A stretch of 64,000 nucleotides of DNA from a virus (Duplodnaviria > Caudoviricetes). Position numbers and translations under genes: made by a program. The DNA lies in IMG/VR virus record IMGVR_UViG_3300037067_011504, positions 29,766 through 93,765 of that record; one strand, given 5' to 3'. Position 1 is the stretch's first letter. Every line of letters begins with the position of its first letter. Under the pieces are notes generated by a model. The model was given only the letters and a program-made list of their open reading frames with translations. It was not told the DNA's origin and ran no database searches. Positions 45,910 to 56,600 of this stretch are shown piece after piece.

Positions 45910-46021
45910 CGTCTTTAATAAAAAGAGTATAATATTAGATTTGTAATATATTTTGTAGTGGTGAATATATTTTGTAGTAATCTTAATTATGTGTAAAATT
46001 GTTTAATTAAAAGAAATTAGC

Positions 46022-47260
46022 ATGGAAAAAAATGATGGCAACAACTCGTTTTCTGGTTTCAACATTGAGACGATAGAGAAAGAGATTGGTATTAAACTTC
46101 CTGCAAGTGGTGATGCGGGAGATAAAAAAGATACTATCCCTGATGATAAGTCAGGAAAAGATACGAAAACGACATTTACAGGTCTTGGACTTGATATAAG
46201 TCAGAAGATACAGATTCCGGAAACTCCGGAAGAGTTTGCAGCATTAACAAAAGAGGTAAAGAAAGAAAAAGAAGAAGGTGGATCCCCGGAAATAAAAGAT
46301 AAAGAAAAAGAGTTAAGGGGAGAGGATGCGGTCATAAAAGAAGATTCACCACTTTATCTCCATGCTGCTACACTTTTTGAAGAAGGCATCCTCCCAACCC
46401 TTAATCTTGAAGATCTCAAAGGTAAAAAATATAGTGAAGGCTTACAACTTTATCTTAGTGCACAAAAGAAATATATTGAAGATGGTCGTAATGAATATAT
46501 CAATTCACTTACTGATCGTCAAAAAGAGTTTCTCGAGATGATAGAGTTAGGCATACCACAGGATAATGTGGAGCATCAGTTTACCATAGAAGACTCTTAT
46601 GGTAAGATAACAGACGAAATCCTTTCAGATGATGCACAGTTGCAGAAAGATATAATCGTTCAGAACTACAAACTAAAAGGTATCTCTGATAAAAAGATAG
46701 AGGTATTCATTAAGTCTGCAGAGAATGATGAGCGGTTATTTGAAGAAGCAAAGGATGCACTATCAGATATAAACGCTTATATTGCCCAACAGAAACAGCA
46801 GTCAATAGATGCTGCAAAGACTAAGCAACAGGAGGCGGAACAAAAAGAGAAAGATCTACAGGTGAAGATTAAAGGTACTATTGACGGTCTTGAAGAGATC
46901 CTGCCTGGAATAAAGCTCAGTGCTAATGAAAAGACTAAGCTCTATGACTACATGACAAAACCTGTTGAGGAGAGAATCATCAACGGAAGAAAGATGCCAA
47001 TAGATATTATTACTAAGACACGTTTTGAAGATCCTATCGCATTTAACTTAAGAACTGCTTATTTCATTACACTAGGACTATACGACAAGAAGGCAGATCT
47101 TTCGAAATTTATCAAGAAGACAACATCATCAGCAGTGGATAAATTAACTTCCAGACTTAAAGATGATCCATCGGGACAACTTGGGAAAGGACTTAAGATT
47201 GAAAAGACTGATGGTGGTTCAGACAAAAAAGAGAAGATTATTTTTCCAAAATTTATGTAG
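46022..47260 (+). CDS. acidic coiled-coil protein, probable capsid scaffold
   Basis: Position between portal and MCP; composition. Confidence 0.6.
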   Translation: MEKNDGNNSFSGFNIETIEKEIGIKLPASGDAGDKKDTIPDDKSGKDTKTTFTGLGLDISQKIQIPETPEEFAALTKEVKKEKEEGGSPEIKDKEKELRGEDAVIKEDSPLYLHAATLFEEGILPTLNLEDLKGKKYSEGLQLYLSAQKKYIEDGRNEYINSLTDRQKEFLEMIELGIPQDNVEHQFTIEDSYGKITDEILSDDAQLQKDIIVQNYKLKGISDKKIEVFIKSAENDERLFEEAKDALSDINAYIAQQKQQSIDAAKTKQQEAEQKEKDLQVKIKGTIDGLEEILPGIKLSANEKTKLYDYMTKPVEERIINGRKMPIDIITKTRFEDPIAFNLRTAYFITLGLYDKKADLSKFIKKTTSSAVDKLTSRLKDDPSGQLGKGLKIEKTDGGSDKKEKIIFPKFM

Positions 47261-47286
47261 TAACATTTTTAAAAATTTTATAAATT

Positions 47287-48771
47287 ATGAAACTTATTTC
47301 ACCATTACAGGAGTATGAACCCAAAGATTTCAGTGGTCTTGTGACTACTAATCACTTGGGTATGTTATATCAGGAGAATCCCACGGAGACATCCAACCTG
47401 ATAACATTACTTTATCGTGCCAATAAAGGGGTTAACTTTGGCATGATATTAAAACAATTCACACCGTTTTATTGTAAGACTGATGCTGACTTCCGTTGGC
47501 ATTTACAGGGAGACTCAAGGAAGAACATACCACTTATTGAATGTAAAGTTCAGGGATCAGCCATTGCAGCAACATCCAGGGCTGGTCTTGCAGGTGCACG
47601 TTTTACCCTGATATTCCCTGAGAGATATTTTTCTGACACTAACCTTATCGTTGGTGAGAAGAATTCTGTTTATCCTATCCGTATTGTAGGTATTCCTGAA
47701 CCTTATGGAGCAGGTATGTGGGCATATACTTGTGAACTATTCACTGGTGATCCTACGTTATTCATCCCATATGAGGAGTTAGTTGCTGGTAAGAAGTTCA
47801 GCAAGGAATGGTCAATTGTATCCAAGACATTAAGTGTAAAAGGTGGAACACCGAGTTACACCAGTCCCTTTGCAATGAGAAACGTATTCTCAATGATAAG
47901 GATGGAAGATACACGTCCTGGTAATATGATTGCCAGACCTGTTGCTTTCTCATGGCCGGCAGTTGATGAAAATGGAAAACAAAAACTCATGACTACATGG
48001 GAACAGTATGCAGATTGGGAACTTGAGATGCAATTCCAGGATGCAAAGGATAAACTATTAAATTTTGCAACTCTTAACAGAACCAGTACAGGGGAATTCT
48101 TGCAAACAGATATTTCCGGGTTCCAGATTGAACAGGGAGCAGGTATGCAACAGCAGATCGAGTCTTCTAATATCTCATTCTATAATGGCTTTGAGATTGA
48201 TATCAAATGGCTCACGGAACATATCATGGATCTATCAGATAATAACAAGGGATATGGCCAGCAGAGAAGGATCGTCATGCGTACAGGTAAATGGGGTGCC
48301 TATGGCTTCAGTCTTGCATTGAAAGACTATGCATCACTCTTCACGCCTCTCGCTACCGACTCACCGATATACAGTACTGCAGGAGGATTTGGTTTCAAAG
48401 ATAACTTTGTTGAATACCAGTCACCTGATGGTGCAATACTGACTGTTCTTGTTGATCCGGCCTATGATGATCTTGAACGTAATAAGATCATGCATCCAAG
48501 TGGAAAGGGAGTAGCCAAATCATATGAATACCAGATTCTCAATGTCGGAAAGGTAGGAGGAGAGGATAATATCCGTCCTGTTTATCTTGAAGGTAATGAG
48601 GATATCATGGGCTGTGAACCGGGTTTACGTGATCCATTCCAGCCTAATATGCCTGGCAGATTCATGTCAACAGGAAAAGATGGTTATACCATTCACAGGG
48701 CATTCGTTGGTGGTGTGATGGTAAAAGATCCTACACGTTGTGCAACAATTCGTCCCTCTATTCTGGCTTAA
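47287..48771 (+). CDS. major capsid protein
   Basis: GLVTTNHLG, WxLQG, RNxFSxIR, IxQGAG, GLRDPF crAss-type MCP motifs. Confidence 0.92.
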   Translation: MKLISPLQEYEPKDFSGLVTTNHLGMLYQENPTETSNLITLLYRANKGVNFGMILKQFTPFYCKTDADFRWHLQGDSRKNIPLIECKVQGSAIAATSRAGLAGARFTLIFPERYFSDTNLIVGEKNSVYPIRIVGIPEPYGAGMWAYTCELFTGDPTLFIPYEELVAGKKFSKEWSIVSKTLSVKGGTPSYTSPFAMRNVFSMIRMEDTRPGNMIARPVAFSWPAVDENGKQKLMTTWEQYADWELEMQFQDAKDKLLNFATLNRTSTGEFLQTDISGFQIEQGAGMQQQIESSNISFYNGFEIDIKWLTEHIMDLSDNNKGYGQQRRIVMRTGKWGAYGFSLALKDYASLFTPLATDSPIYSTAGGFGFKDNFVEYQSPDGAILTVLVDPAYDDLERNKIMHPSGKGVAKSYEYQILNVGKVGGEDNIRPVYLEGNEDIMGCEPGLRDPFQPNMPGRFMSTGKDGYTIHRAFVGGVMVKDPTRCATIRPSILA

Positions 48772-48792
48772 CTAATTAAACAAACAAGCAGC

Positions 48793-49935
48793 ATGGAAAC
48801 GTTAACAGAAAAGAGAACGATTAATGATTATGTAAGAACTGGCAGAGTACGGGTAGAACCCATTAAAAGATCAAGTGATTGGGTTCTACCTGAATCTGAC
48901 AGTGCGTTTATGAATACAGGAGCGAAACATGAATATGTCGTTCCTAACAGTCTAAGGACAGGGGCATTGATTGATCCCCTGGCTGATCTGACAGAGGCAC
49001 AGATTATGGAAGTGACAAAACAACTTGGGTTTAAGACTGCCGATGCACTTAATGTGAATAAACCTGTAAAGGAAAACTACTGGATCAACAGACCGGTTAT
49101 ACTTGACAGGAACGGCAGGTATCTGCAGATGTCTAATGTGAATGATTTTATTGCATATAAGATTCTGAAGTCATGTAGTGATGATATTGCACCTTCATTT
49201 GAAGATAGATATAATAAGGGAACGTATAAGTTTGCCCTGGTATCTGAAGATGAAGAGTCAAAGATCAAGACATCTAAAGTGGATCTTAAGAAAGATGCAT
49301 ATATATTGTTCGGCAATAAACTTGATGGATCATTGAAAAAGATGATTGACTTCTTATGGATCTATTATCTTGAAGATAAAGAGGGAAAGAGACTACCGAA
49401 TAATCCATCGATGGAATATTGTAAAGGAGAGATTGGGCGTATAGTAGAAGAAAAGACAGGTACGTTCATGGCTATCATGACAGATCCGGAGTTTGAAACA
49501 AAGTCACTCATACAGAGAGCTATTAATTGTGGTCTAATACATAGAGATGGTATGACATTCTCAGTGTTTGGTGAGACATCATCCAGGAATAATCTTGAAG
49601 GGTTGATAACATATCTTAAAGATGCCAGGAATAATAATATACGTCTGTCATTAATAGGCAAGATAGATGCTATTGAGAATCCTGCTATAAAGATTATCGG
49701 GAAGAGTGATGAGATTGTTGAAACATTAATACCAAAGGTTGATGATGATCTGCTTAACAGGATAGCAAAGATAGAGGATTCTTCAAAACTTCTTCTTAAT
49801 AAGAATGAGGAACTATCGCAAGATAATGCAAAGCTTAAAGAAGAGAATGATAAGTTAAGAGAGATATTATCGTCAAACACAGATCCGGTGAAAGAGAAAA
49901 AGGTTATCAGGAGGAGAAATCCGAAAAGTAAATAG
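48793..49935 (+). CDS. conserved crAss-like virion protein following MCP
   Basis: Synteny; IAPS....YKF motif; C-terminal coiled coil. Confidence 0.6.
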   Translation: METLTEKRTINDYVRTGRVRVEPIKRSSDWVLPESDSAFMNTGAKHEYVVPNSLRTGALIDPLADLTEAQIMEVTKQLGFKTADALNVNKPVKENYWINRPVILDRNGRYLQMSNVNDFIAYKILKSCSDDIAPSFEDRYNKGTYKFALVSEDEESKIKTSKVDLKKDAYILFGNKLDGSLKKMIDFLWIYYLEDKEGKRLPNNPSMEYCKGEIGRIVEEKTGTFMAIMTDPEFETKSLIQRAINCGLIHRDGMTFSVFGETSSRNNLEGLITYLKDARNNNIRLSLIGKIDAIENPAIKIIGKSDEIVETLIPKVDDDLLNRIAKIEDSSKLLLNKNEELSQDNAKLKEENDKLREILSSNTDPVKEKKVIRRRNPKSK

Positions 49936-50594
49936 TGATGACTACAACACAGATGATACAGGCGTTCGGGGTTGGCTATGATATAGTCAACCTTGAAGGT
50001 CCTGGTTATGAAAATGAAGAGATATTGGTATTGCTTAACCAGGCTCAGAGCATAGAGGTGCTTAAGGAGCTTGGATCAGGCAGATTGGTGCATATAACAA
50101 ACCTTATTGAGAATGAACTTGGTACGTTAACTGCACCTGCACATAATTATACCACATCATTATTATTTACTCCTGCAGAGGAATACATAGGATATATAAG
50201 TTCTAAGACAAAAGTTACAAGAGCAACATATAAACCAATAACTGTTGCAGCATGGGTAGAAAATATACTTATTGACAAGATTATGTCAGGAAAGTATATC
50301 ACTAATCCATTAAGCAGACCAATATTATTACAACCAAGGGTATATGAGGATGAAGATCGTACATTGACATTACTTATCGATCAGCATACTACTGTAGCAG
50401 GATTTGAAGATTTCTATTTGGAATACATGCGTAAACCGGTTGATATAGCAACAGGTGTCAATTGTGAGGTTAATGAGATACTGCATGACAGGATTGTTAA
50501 GACAGCTATTGATCTTGCAAAGAAGATATTTAATCCTAACGAGGCAGCAACAAGCATACAGGCTAATGAGTTAATGAACAGACCGGAAGTATAA
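49935..50594 (+). CDS. tail ring/adaptor protein
   Basis: PGYExEEIxxxLNxAQ, YMRKP, LHDxIV..A. Confidence 0.65.
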   Translation: MMTTTQMIQAFGVGYDIVNLEGPGYENEEILVLLNQAQSIEVLKELGSGRLVHITNLIENELGTLTAPAHNYTTSLLFTPAEEYIGYISSKTKVTRATYKPITVAAWVENILIDKIMSGKYITNPLSRPILLQPRVYEDEDRTLTLLIDQHTTVAGFEDFYLEYMRKPVDIATGVNCEVNEILHDRIVKTAIDLAKKIFNPNEAATSIQANELMNRPEV

Positions 50595-51277
50595 TGACAA
50601 TACACGAAGTACATCAGCGATTTAATCTTGAACTGGAGAAATACGGTATAAAGGATCCTGTTATGTCTACCATAATGGAGGATTATATTAACTATGCCTA
50701 TCAGGATTATATAACCGAGATGTATGACAGTCTTATCAATCCGGCAATATCATTTGAGATTAATGAGAGGATTAGCAGGATACTGGCACCATTGCTTGTT
50801 GACAGGATAGAGACAGTGTTTGTTGCATTGACAACACATAGTGCAGACGGATATACCACTACTATCGGAGGAACATATTCATTACAGTATATAGTATCTG
50901 AGAGTGCTGTGATAAACACTATTGACTGTGATGGTGATGCAATAACGAATAGTGTTAATATTATCCCTATCAAGCATAATATGATAAAGGCTAATAAGAA
51001 TAATCCTTTCTTATGTCCTACCAATGAAGAGATATGGAGGGTTAACACATCAGGAGGAAGGATAGAACTTATTCTGGCATCAGGTGACACACCAGTATCA
51101 TATACATGTCGTTTCATCAAGAAACATACACCATATAGTATCTATCCCACTGCACCTGCTACAGGTGAGATGGAGATAGACTCATCAGTACATGGAGATA
51201 TTGCTGCGAGAGCTGCATACATGTACTTAAGTGATCAAAGGAGTAATAACATAAAAACAAAAGCAAATGTACAATAG
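50594..51277 (+). CDS. tail ring/adaptor protein (paralog)
   Basis: Same architecture (INYAY, NPF..P, FIKK, HxDIAxRA). Confidence 0.6.
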   Translation: MTIHEVHQRFNLELEKYGIKDPVMSTIMEDYINYAYQDYITEMYDSLINPAISFEINERISRILAPLLVDRIETVFVALTTHSADGYTTTIGGTYSLQYIVSESAVINTIDCDGDAITNSVNIIPIKHNMIKANKNNPFLCPTNEEIWRVNTSGGRIELILASGDTPVSYTCRFIKKHTPYSIYPTAPATGEMEIDSSVHGDIAARAAYMYLSDQRSNNIKTKANVQ

Positions 51278-51548
51278 ATGGTTATTAGCAAGGATGAAAG
51301 CAGGACTTCTGGGTTTAAATAAGTTAAACAGGAAGTCTGAAAAGAAAGAAGAAAAGAAAATTATTTCTGCAAATGTTAATCCTGCATCAAAGACAGTATA
51401 CTGTCATCTTGATGGAGATTTTGTTGCAGAATATGAATCTATATCCAAGTGTGCTGACGCACTTGGTATGTCACGGGCCATGGTCAAGAAGGCTATCGAT
51501 AATGCGGTAGTCCTTGAGAATGGCTTTTTATTAACCTTAAATAAATAA
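51267..51548 (+). CDS. NUMOD1-type DNA-binding domain protein
   Basis: VY..LDGxFVAEYESIxxCAxALG. Confidence 0.7.
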   Translation: MYNRWLLARMKAGLLGLNKLNRKSEKKEEKKIISANVNPASKTVYCHLDGDFVAEYESISKCADALGMSRAMVKKAIDNAVVLENGFLLTLNK

Positions 51549-51554
51549 ATTATT

Positions 51555-52841
51555 ATGGAACAGTCACATGTTTTGAACCTGATGTTCATGTTGGATGATT
51601 CTACTGCACCGGTAACAGCCGGAGCAGCTTATATCAATTCCTACACGGACCTCGATGAAGGAGCCGCTTCCGTCTGTAATGATGAGAACATGGTTCTTGA
51701 TGCTACTACTGTACTCACGGATGATCGTGTTGCAGAGACAGGGATACGTATTGTTGGCAGGCTCAACAATGCATTGGTATATTCCGACTTTATGAAGGCT
51801 GAGGATATTATCTCGTATCGTGGTATTGCTTATGCAGCCGCTGCAGAACAGATAACATTCATTGGTTATACCGGGGCAGCAAGCTCTATACGTGTTATAA
51901 ACGATAATCTTTATAAGTTACGTATCCGTTTCACACAGATCGGGAGAACAGGTCAGGGGAGACAGGAGATGATAGATGTGGCATATAAGTCTGCTGCTGC
52001 AGCTACAGCTACCGAAGTCACCTTTGGTTTTATGACTAATCTGAGAGGTAGTCTTGATGCACAACCAGAAGATGTCATCACTGCAGGAGTAAGGAATTCC
52101 GCTGCCGTTACTGCAGGCAACTTACTTGACCATAACGCAACAGTAGTTCAGGGGAGTAAGTTTATTACTGTTGGTACTAACCTTACTTATGCTGCAACAG
52201 TAGGGAATACTGCAGTAGGGGATCTTTATAGATTGGGTACAGTTGGTGCTGGAACAGCTCTAACGAACAATGTTTATTATATTGAAGAACTTGTTTCTGC
52301 TACTGTAGTACGATTGGATCGTCCCGTCACAGATGCCTCCGGAACATATGCAACAGCAACTGCTGATATAGAAGTTATTCCTGCTGCAAGTATTGCCAAT
52401 TATGGTATATCACTGACAGGTGTTGCACAGGCATGGGTACTTGGTAAACGTCCATGGAGCAAGATATCCTTCACAGTTGGTCTGGAAGATTTTGGAGCAA
52501 CAGAGATATCATATAACACTGCTGCCAGTCTTGGCGTTGGTACTGAGAACCAGTTACGTGACCTGGAATATTTCTGTCAGGGGCAGAAAGGCAATACCTA
52601 TCGTGGTGATGCACGTAGTTATGTACCATATACCTCTGCAGTGAGCGCAGGTGATACGTTTGCTCAGTTATGTATTGCATGGGCATCAAAGAGTAGAGCA
52701 GAGTCTATTGGAGGACCTGGACATAATCCAAAGCAATTAATCATCGCCTGTCATACAAGCTATGATAATACTGATGCGAATGATATAGTTATAGAAGTTC
52801 TTGATGCATGGTCTACACAGGCATCGGGACTAGCGAAGTAG
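51555..52841 (+). CDS. virion structural protein (auxiliary capsid-like)
   Basis: Synteny; G.G...QxRDLEYFC.G..G..YR motif. Confidence 0.6.
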   Translation: MEQSHVLNLMFMLDDSTAPVTAGAAYINSYTDLDEGAASVCNDENMVLDATTVLTDDRVAETGIRIVGRLNNALVYSDFMKAEDIISYRGIAYAAAAEQITFIGYTGAASSIRVINDNLYKLRIRFTQIGRTGQGRQEMIDVAYKSAAAATATEVTFGFMTNLRGSLDAQPEDVITAGVRNSAAVTAGNLLDHNATVVQGSKFITVGTNLTYAATVGNTAVGDLYRLGTVGAGTALTNNVYYIEELVSATVVRLDRPVTDASGTYATATADIEVIPAASIANYGISLTGVAQAWVLGKRPWSKISFTVGLEDFGATEISYNTAASLGVGTENQLRDLEYFCQGQKGNTYRGDARSYVPYTSAVSAGDTFAQLCIAWASKSRAESIGGPGHNPKQLIIACHTSYDNTDANDIVIEVLDAWSTQASGLAK

Positions 52842-52848
52842 TAACCTT

Positions 52849-52902
52849 ATGGATGGTGGAGGGATCGTGTATATCACCTTCCCTTCATTGTCCATTTTTT
52901 TA
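52849..52902 (+). terminator. intrinsic terminator
   Basis: ATGGATGGTGGAGGGA...TCCCTTCATTGTCCAT followed by a T-run. Confidence 0.65.
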
Positions 52903-52913
52903 AATTAAGAGAT

Positions 52914-53690
52914 ATGTTTACCCCTACTATTGATTTGCAGGTATTAAACAGATCTACAGTATTACGTTTTAGTGATACAACAGGAGTAGATACTGGTGAT
53001 GGTACTAAATGGGATGGCATAGCAGGATTAGACTCGACAGATGTTACTGCAGCAACACTTACCATCACTGATCCTAATGATGAAGATACGGTGATAGATG
53101 TAGCAGCAGATATTGCAGCAGCTGATCCTATTCTTGCGGGTGATGAGATAGTATTCGATGACCAGACGAGTGAATGGGTCGATGGATATTATTCTGTTCA
53201 GTATGATGTATGGATGGTAGCCACTAATATAACGGTTTTTGCAGATTATTCCGGTACGGTAGCAGGAGCAGTATTAGTAACATCGGCTTTACATCTTGTA
53301 CAGACAGGCATGAAGGTTACAATAGCTGCTACAACTAATTATAATGGTTTCTATGATGCTACATATATCAATGCGAATCAATATTATATTATTGCCACAT
53401 GGGTTGCTGATGATGCCACAGGTACATCAACACCATGTTATTCCAATACATTTGTTCCATTTGTCTTCTCTAATGTAGAGATAGCTCTTGAGAAGATGTA
53501 TGCTATCTTTGCAGAGATGGATGAGAGTGTTGAGGCTGATGAATATCTTAAACAGATAGAGACGTGTAATGGTCTTCTTAACACATTAAAGAGTGCGATA
53601 ACAACAGTAAGTACAGCAAGTGTTAATAATATATATGGAAGAATAACCAGGATACTGGATTATAATAATATGGATCTAATATATAGTTAA
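52914..53690 (+). CDS. virion protein (tail hub/fibre-attachment-like)
   Basis: FSDTTG, DGYY; position before the tail fibre. Confidence 0.5.
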   Translation: MFTPTIDLQVLNRSTVLRFSDTTGVDTGDGTKWDGIAGLDSTDVTAATLTITDPNDEDTVIDVAADIAAADPILAGDEIVFDDQTSEWVDGYYSVQYDVWMVATNITVFADYSGTVAGAVLVTSALHLVQTGMKVTIAATTNYNGFYDATYINANQYYIIATWVADDATGTSTPCYSNTFVPFVFSNVEIALEKMYAIFAEMDESVEADEYLKQIETCNGLLNTLKSAITTVSTASVNNIYGRITRILDYNNMDLIYS

Positions 53691-53692
53691 TC

Positions 53693-56600
53693 ATGGGTAA
53701 AGGATCTGTCATATTAAAAGGTAAGCCGCAGACGATAGGAAGTGTAACGGAACAGTTAATACAACATTATGAAGATAAGAATCTTATCATACAGGGTTAT
53801 ACTAATGATGATCTATTAGAGAGATTACTTACTATTGATGGTCATGGTTCAGGTCTTGATGCAGATCTTTTAGATGGACAACATGGTTCATATTATACAC
53901 CTATTGAAAATCCTGTATTTCTAGGAGTGATAACTATACCTGTACTAAAGGTTACTGATGGTGCAGCAGCAGGTAATATACTTATATCATCTGCTGATGG
54001 TACATTAAGTTATCTTGCAGCAGGAGCAACAACACAAATACTAGTTGGTGGTGGTGCTGCTGATCCTGTATGGACAACAGCAACAGGCACCGGTTCACCT
54101 GTAAGAGCAACAAGTCCTATCTTTGTCACAAATATTACATTACCGATATATACTATTGTTCCAAATGGAGGATATATAGGTCAGACAACAGGACCATTAA
54201 TAACATTTGATGATACAAGTAATCATCTTGAGATATCTGGATGTAATGTAGGAATAGGGAATACTGATCCTGCATATAAACTTGATATGACAGGAGATAT
54301 AAGGATAAGAACAAGTAATAAAGTATATTTTGATAGTACATCGGTAGGGGTTAATCCTATATATTTTCAGATATGGGCAAATGAAACAGGAGGCGAACTT
54401 ACTATTGAACCCACAGCAAACGGATCAGCTTCAAATATACGATTCAGAGTAGGTGATAGTACAACTGGTTTTAGATCAGATGTAATGTTCTTATCACAAA
54501 AACAGTATGTAGGTATTGGTACTATTACACCAACTCAAAAATTAGATGTAGAAACATCAGTACCAAATATCAATGCTGGTTATTTTGTTAATAGTGCTGC
54601 AGCAGGTACAAGTTTTGGATTAAGTGTTGTTGCCGGAGGAAATAGTAGTGATTATTCTATGCGGGTCTATGAAAGAACAGGAGCAACAGTATATTTTGCA
54701 ATCAGAGGTGATGGTAATATAGGTATTAAAACAATAACTCCAGGATATACATTAGATATTGCAGGTACTTTAGGTATTAATGAAACTTTTACAGTTGGAG
54801 ATGCTGTAAGTGCAGGTTCTGGAAAGATAACACTTAATGCTTTGGGTACTGCTGGAAATATGCCAAATATTATATTAAAATCAGGTGGTACTCAATATGG
54901 TGTGATTGGTTTATCTGGTGCAGTATTAGGTACTACTGCTACTAATATAGTAATATTTGCTGAGACTGGTAAGACTATTAATTTCTGGCCTAATGGTGGA
55001 TCAACTGGTGTAACTATTGGCACTAATGGTTATATGGGTATTGGTTTTACTTCTCCACTTTCAGCATTATGTATTGACGGAGGTCTTAATGTTGGTGGTA
55101 CTACTGCAGTTGGTAATAATAATCTTGTCGTTGTAGGTACATGTGATATCGGAGGTATATCAACATTTATAGGATTGGTAAAGACAGCAGGAGGAGTACA
55201 TGTAGGTGGTGCAAGTGATCCAGGTCCTGATAATCTTCTTGTCGATGGTACATTAGAAATAATAGGAGAATCTACATTTACAAGTGAGATAACAGTTCCT
55301 ACACTTAAGATAACTGATACTCCAACAGTAGGATATATATGGAAATGTACAAACTTAGATGGATCTGGTGAATGGGGTAATATAACATCTTCACAGACAT
55401 ATAAAGGTACCGTAGATGGAGATGATGGACTACCTACAGGAGGAGGACCGGCACTGATAGATGGTACAGGTACTGCAGGATGGTATTATGTCTGTTGTGA
55501 TGCAGGGACATATGATTATGGTAATCCAAATGGTAACAGTATAACAACAGCAGTTGGTGATCAGTTATATTATAATGGTGCATCATGGGAATTAGTTCCT
55601 GTATCTATTGCCGTCAACCTGACAGGACCTATAACATCTGTAGGAAATGCAACATCAATAGCATTACAGACAGGAACAGGAACAACATTTGCCATGTCGG
55701 TAAGTCCTGTATTTACCACTGATATTACCACGCCTATCATATATGGATCTGCAGCAGCTAATGGTGATATAACGATAGAAGGTACGTCACATGCAACAAA
55801 AACTACAAGTTATATATTATTACAACCCAATGGTGGTCTAGTAGGTATTGGTACATCAACACCATATGAAAGACTTGAGGTAAATGGAGCTATTGCTACA
55901 ACAGGTGCAGCAACAGCAAGTAATAGTCTTGGTCCTACAGTTATAATGTTTTATAATGCTGCCGGATATATACAGAGTGTAGATTATGGTGTGTCATTTA
56001 AAGATTTAAATATTGCTGCAGATAATATTTATTTTGATACAGGATTCGCTGCTACTTCAACAGCAATGACAATTCTTACAACTGGTTATGTTGGTATTGG
56101 TATTACATCTCCATTATCAACACTTCATCTATATAGAGCAGATAATCTATGGTTAAACTTGGATAGCAGTGCATTTACATCAGGAATAGCATATATGAAA
56201 GCCGGAACTAATAAATGGCTTAATATGATTGAAAGAACTATACCTTTTTATGGTGGAGCTGTAAATGATCTTTATTGGTATAATAGTGTAACTGCTTCTG
56301 TAGATATGATGATTCAATCTGCAAATGGTTATGTAGGTATTGGAACTGTTGTACCATTGGTCCCGCTTAACATACAAGGACAAGCAAGGTTTCAAGATGC
56401 TACTTATGTTCATGGAGCAGCAGGTGGAGCATTAGATATTATACCAGGTGCTACCTATACTGAAATTAATGTTGGTAAGACAGGATGGACAGCATATGGA
56501 GATCTAATATTACAATCTACCAGTGGTAATGTAGGTATTGGATTTACAGCCCCATTATCGGAATTATGTATAGATGGTGGTCTTCATGTAGGTAGTGAAA

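Noticed and set aside
52889-52908. Fourth anti-start seed matching the start of 18288-19817
   Set aside because: The match is mostly the terminator T-run and extends past the expected RNA 3' end.
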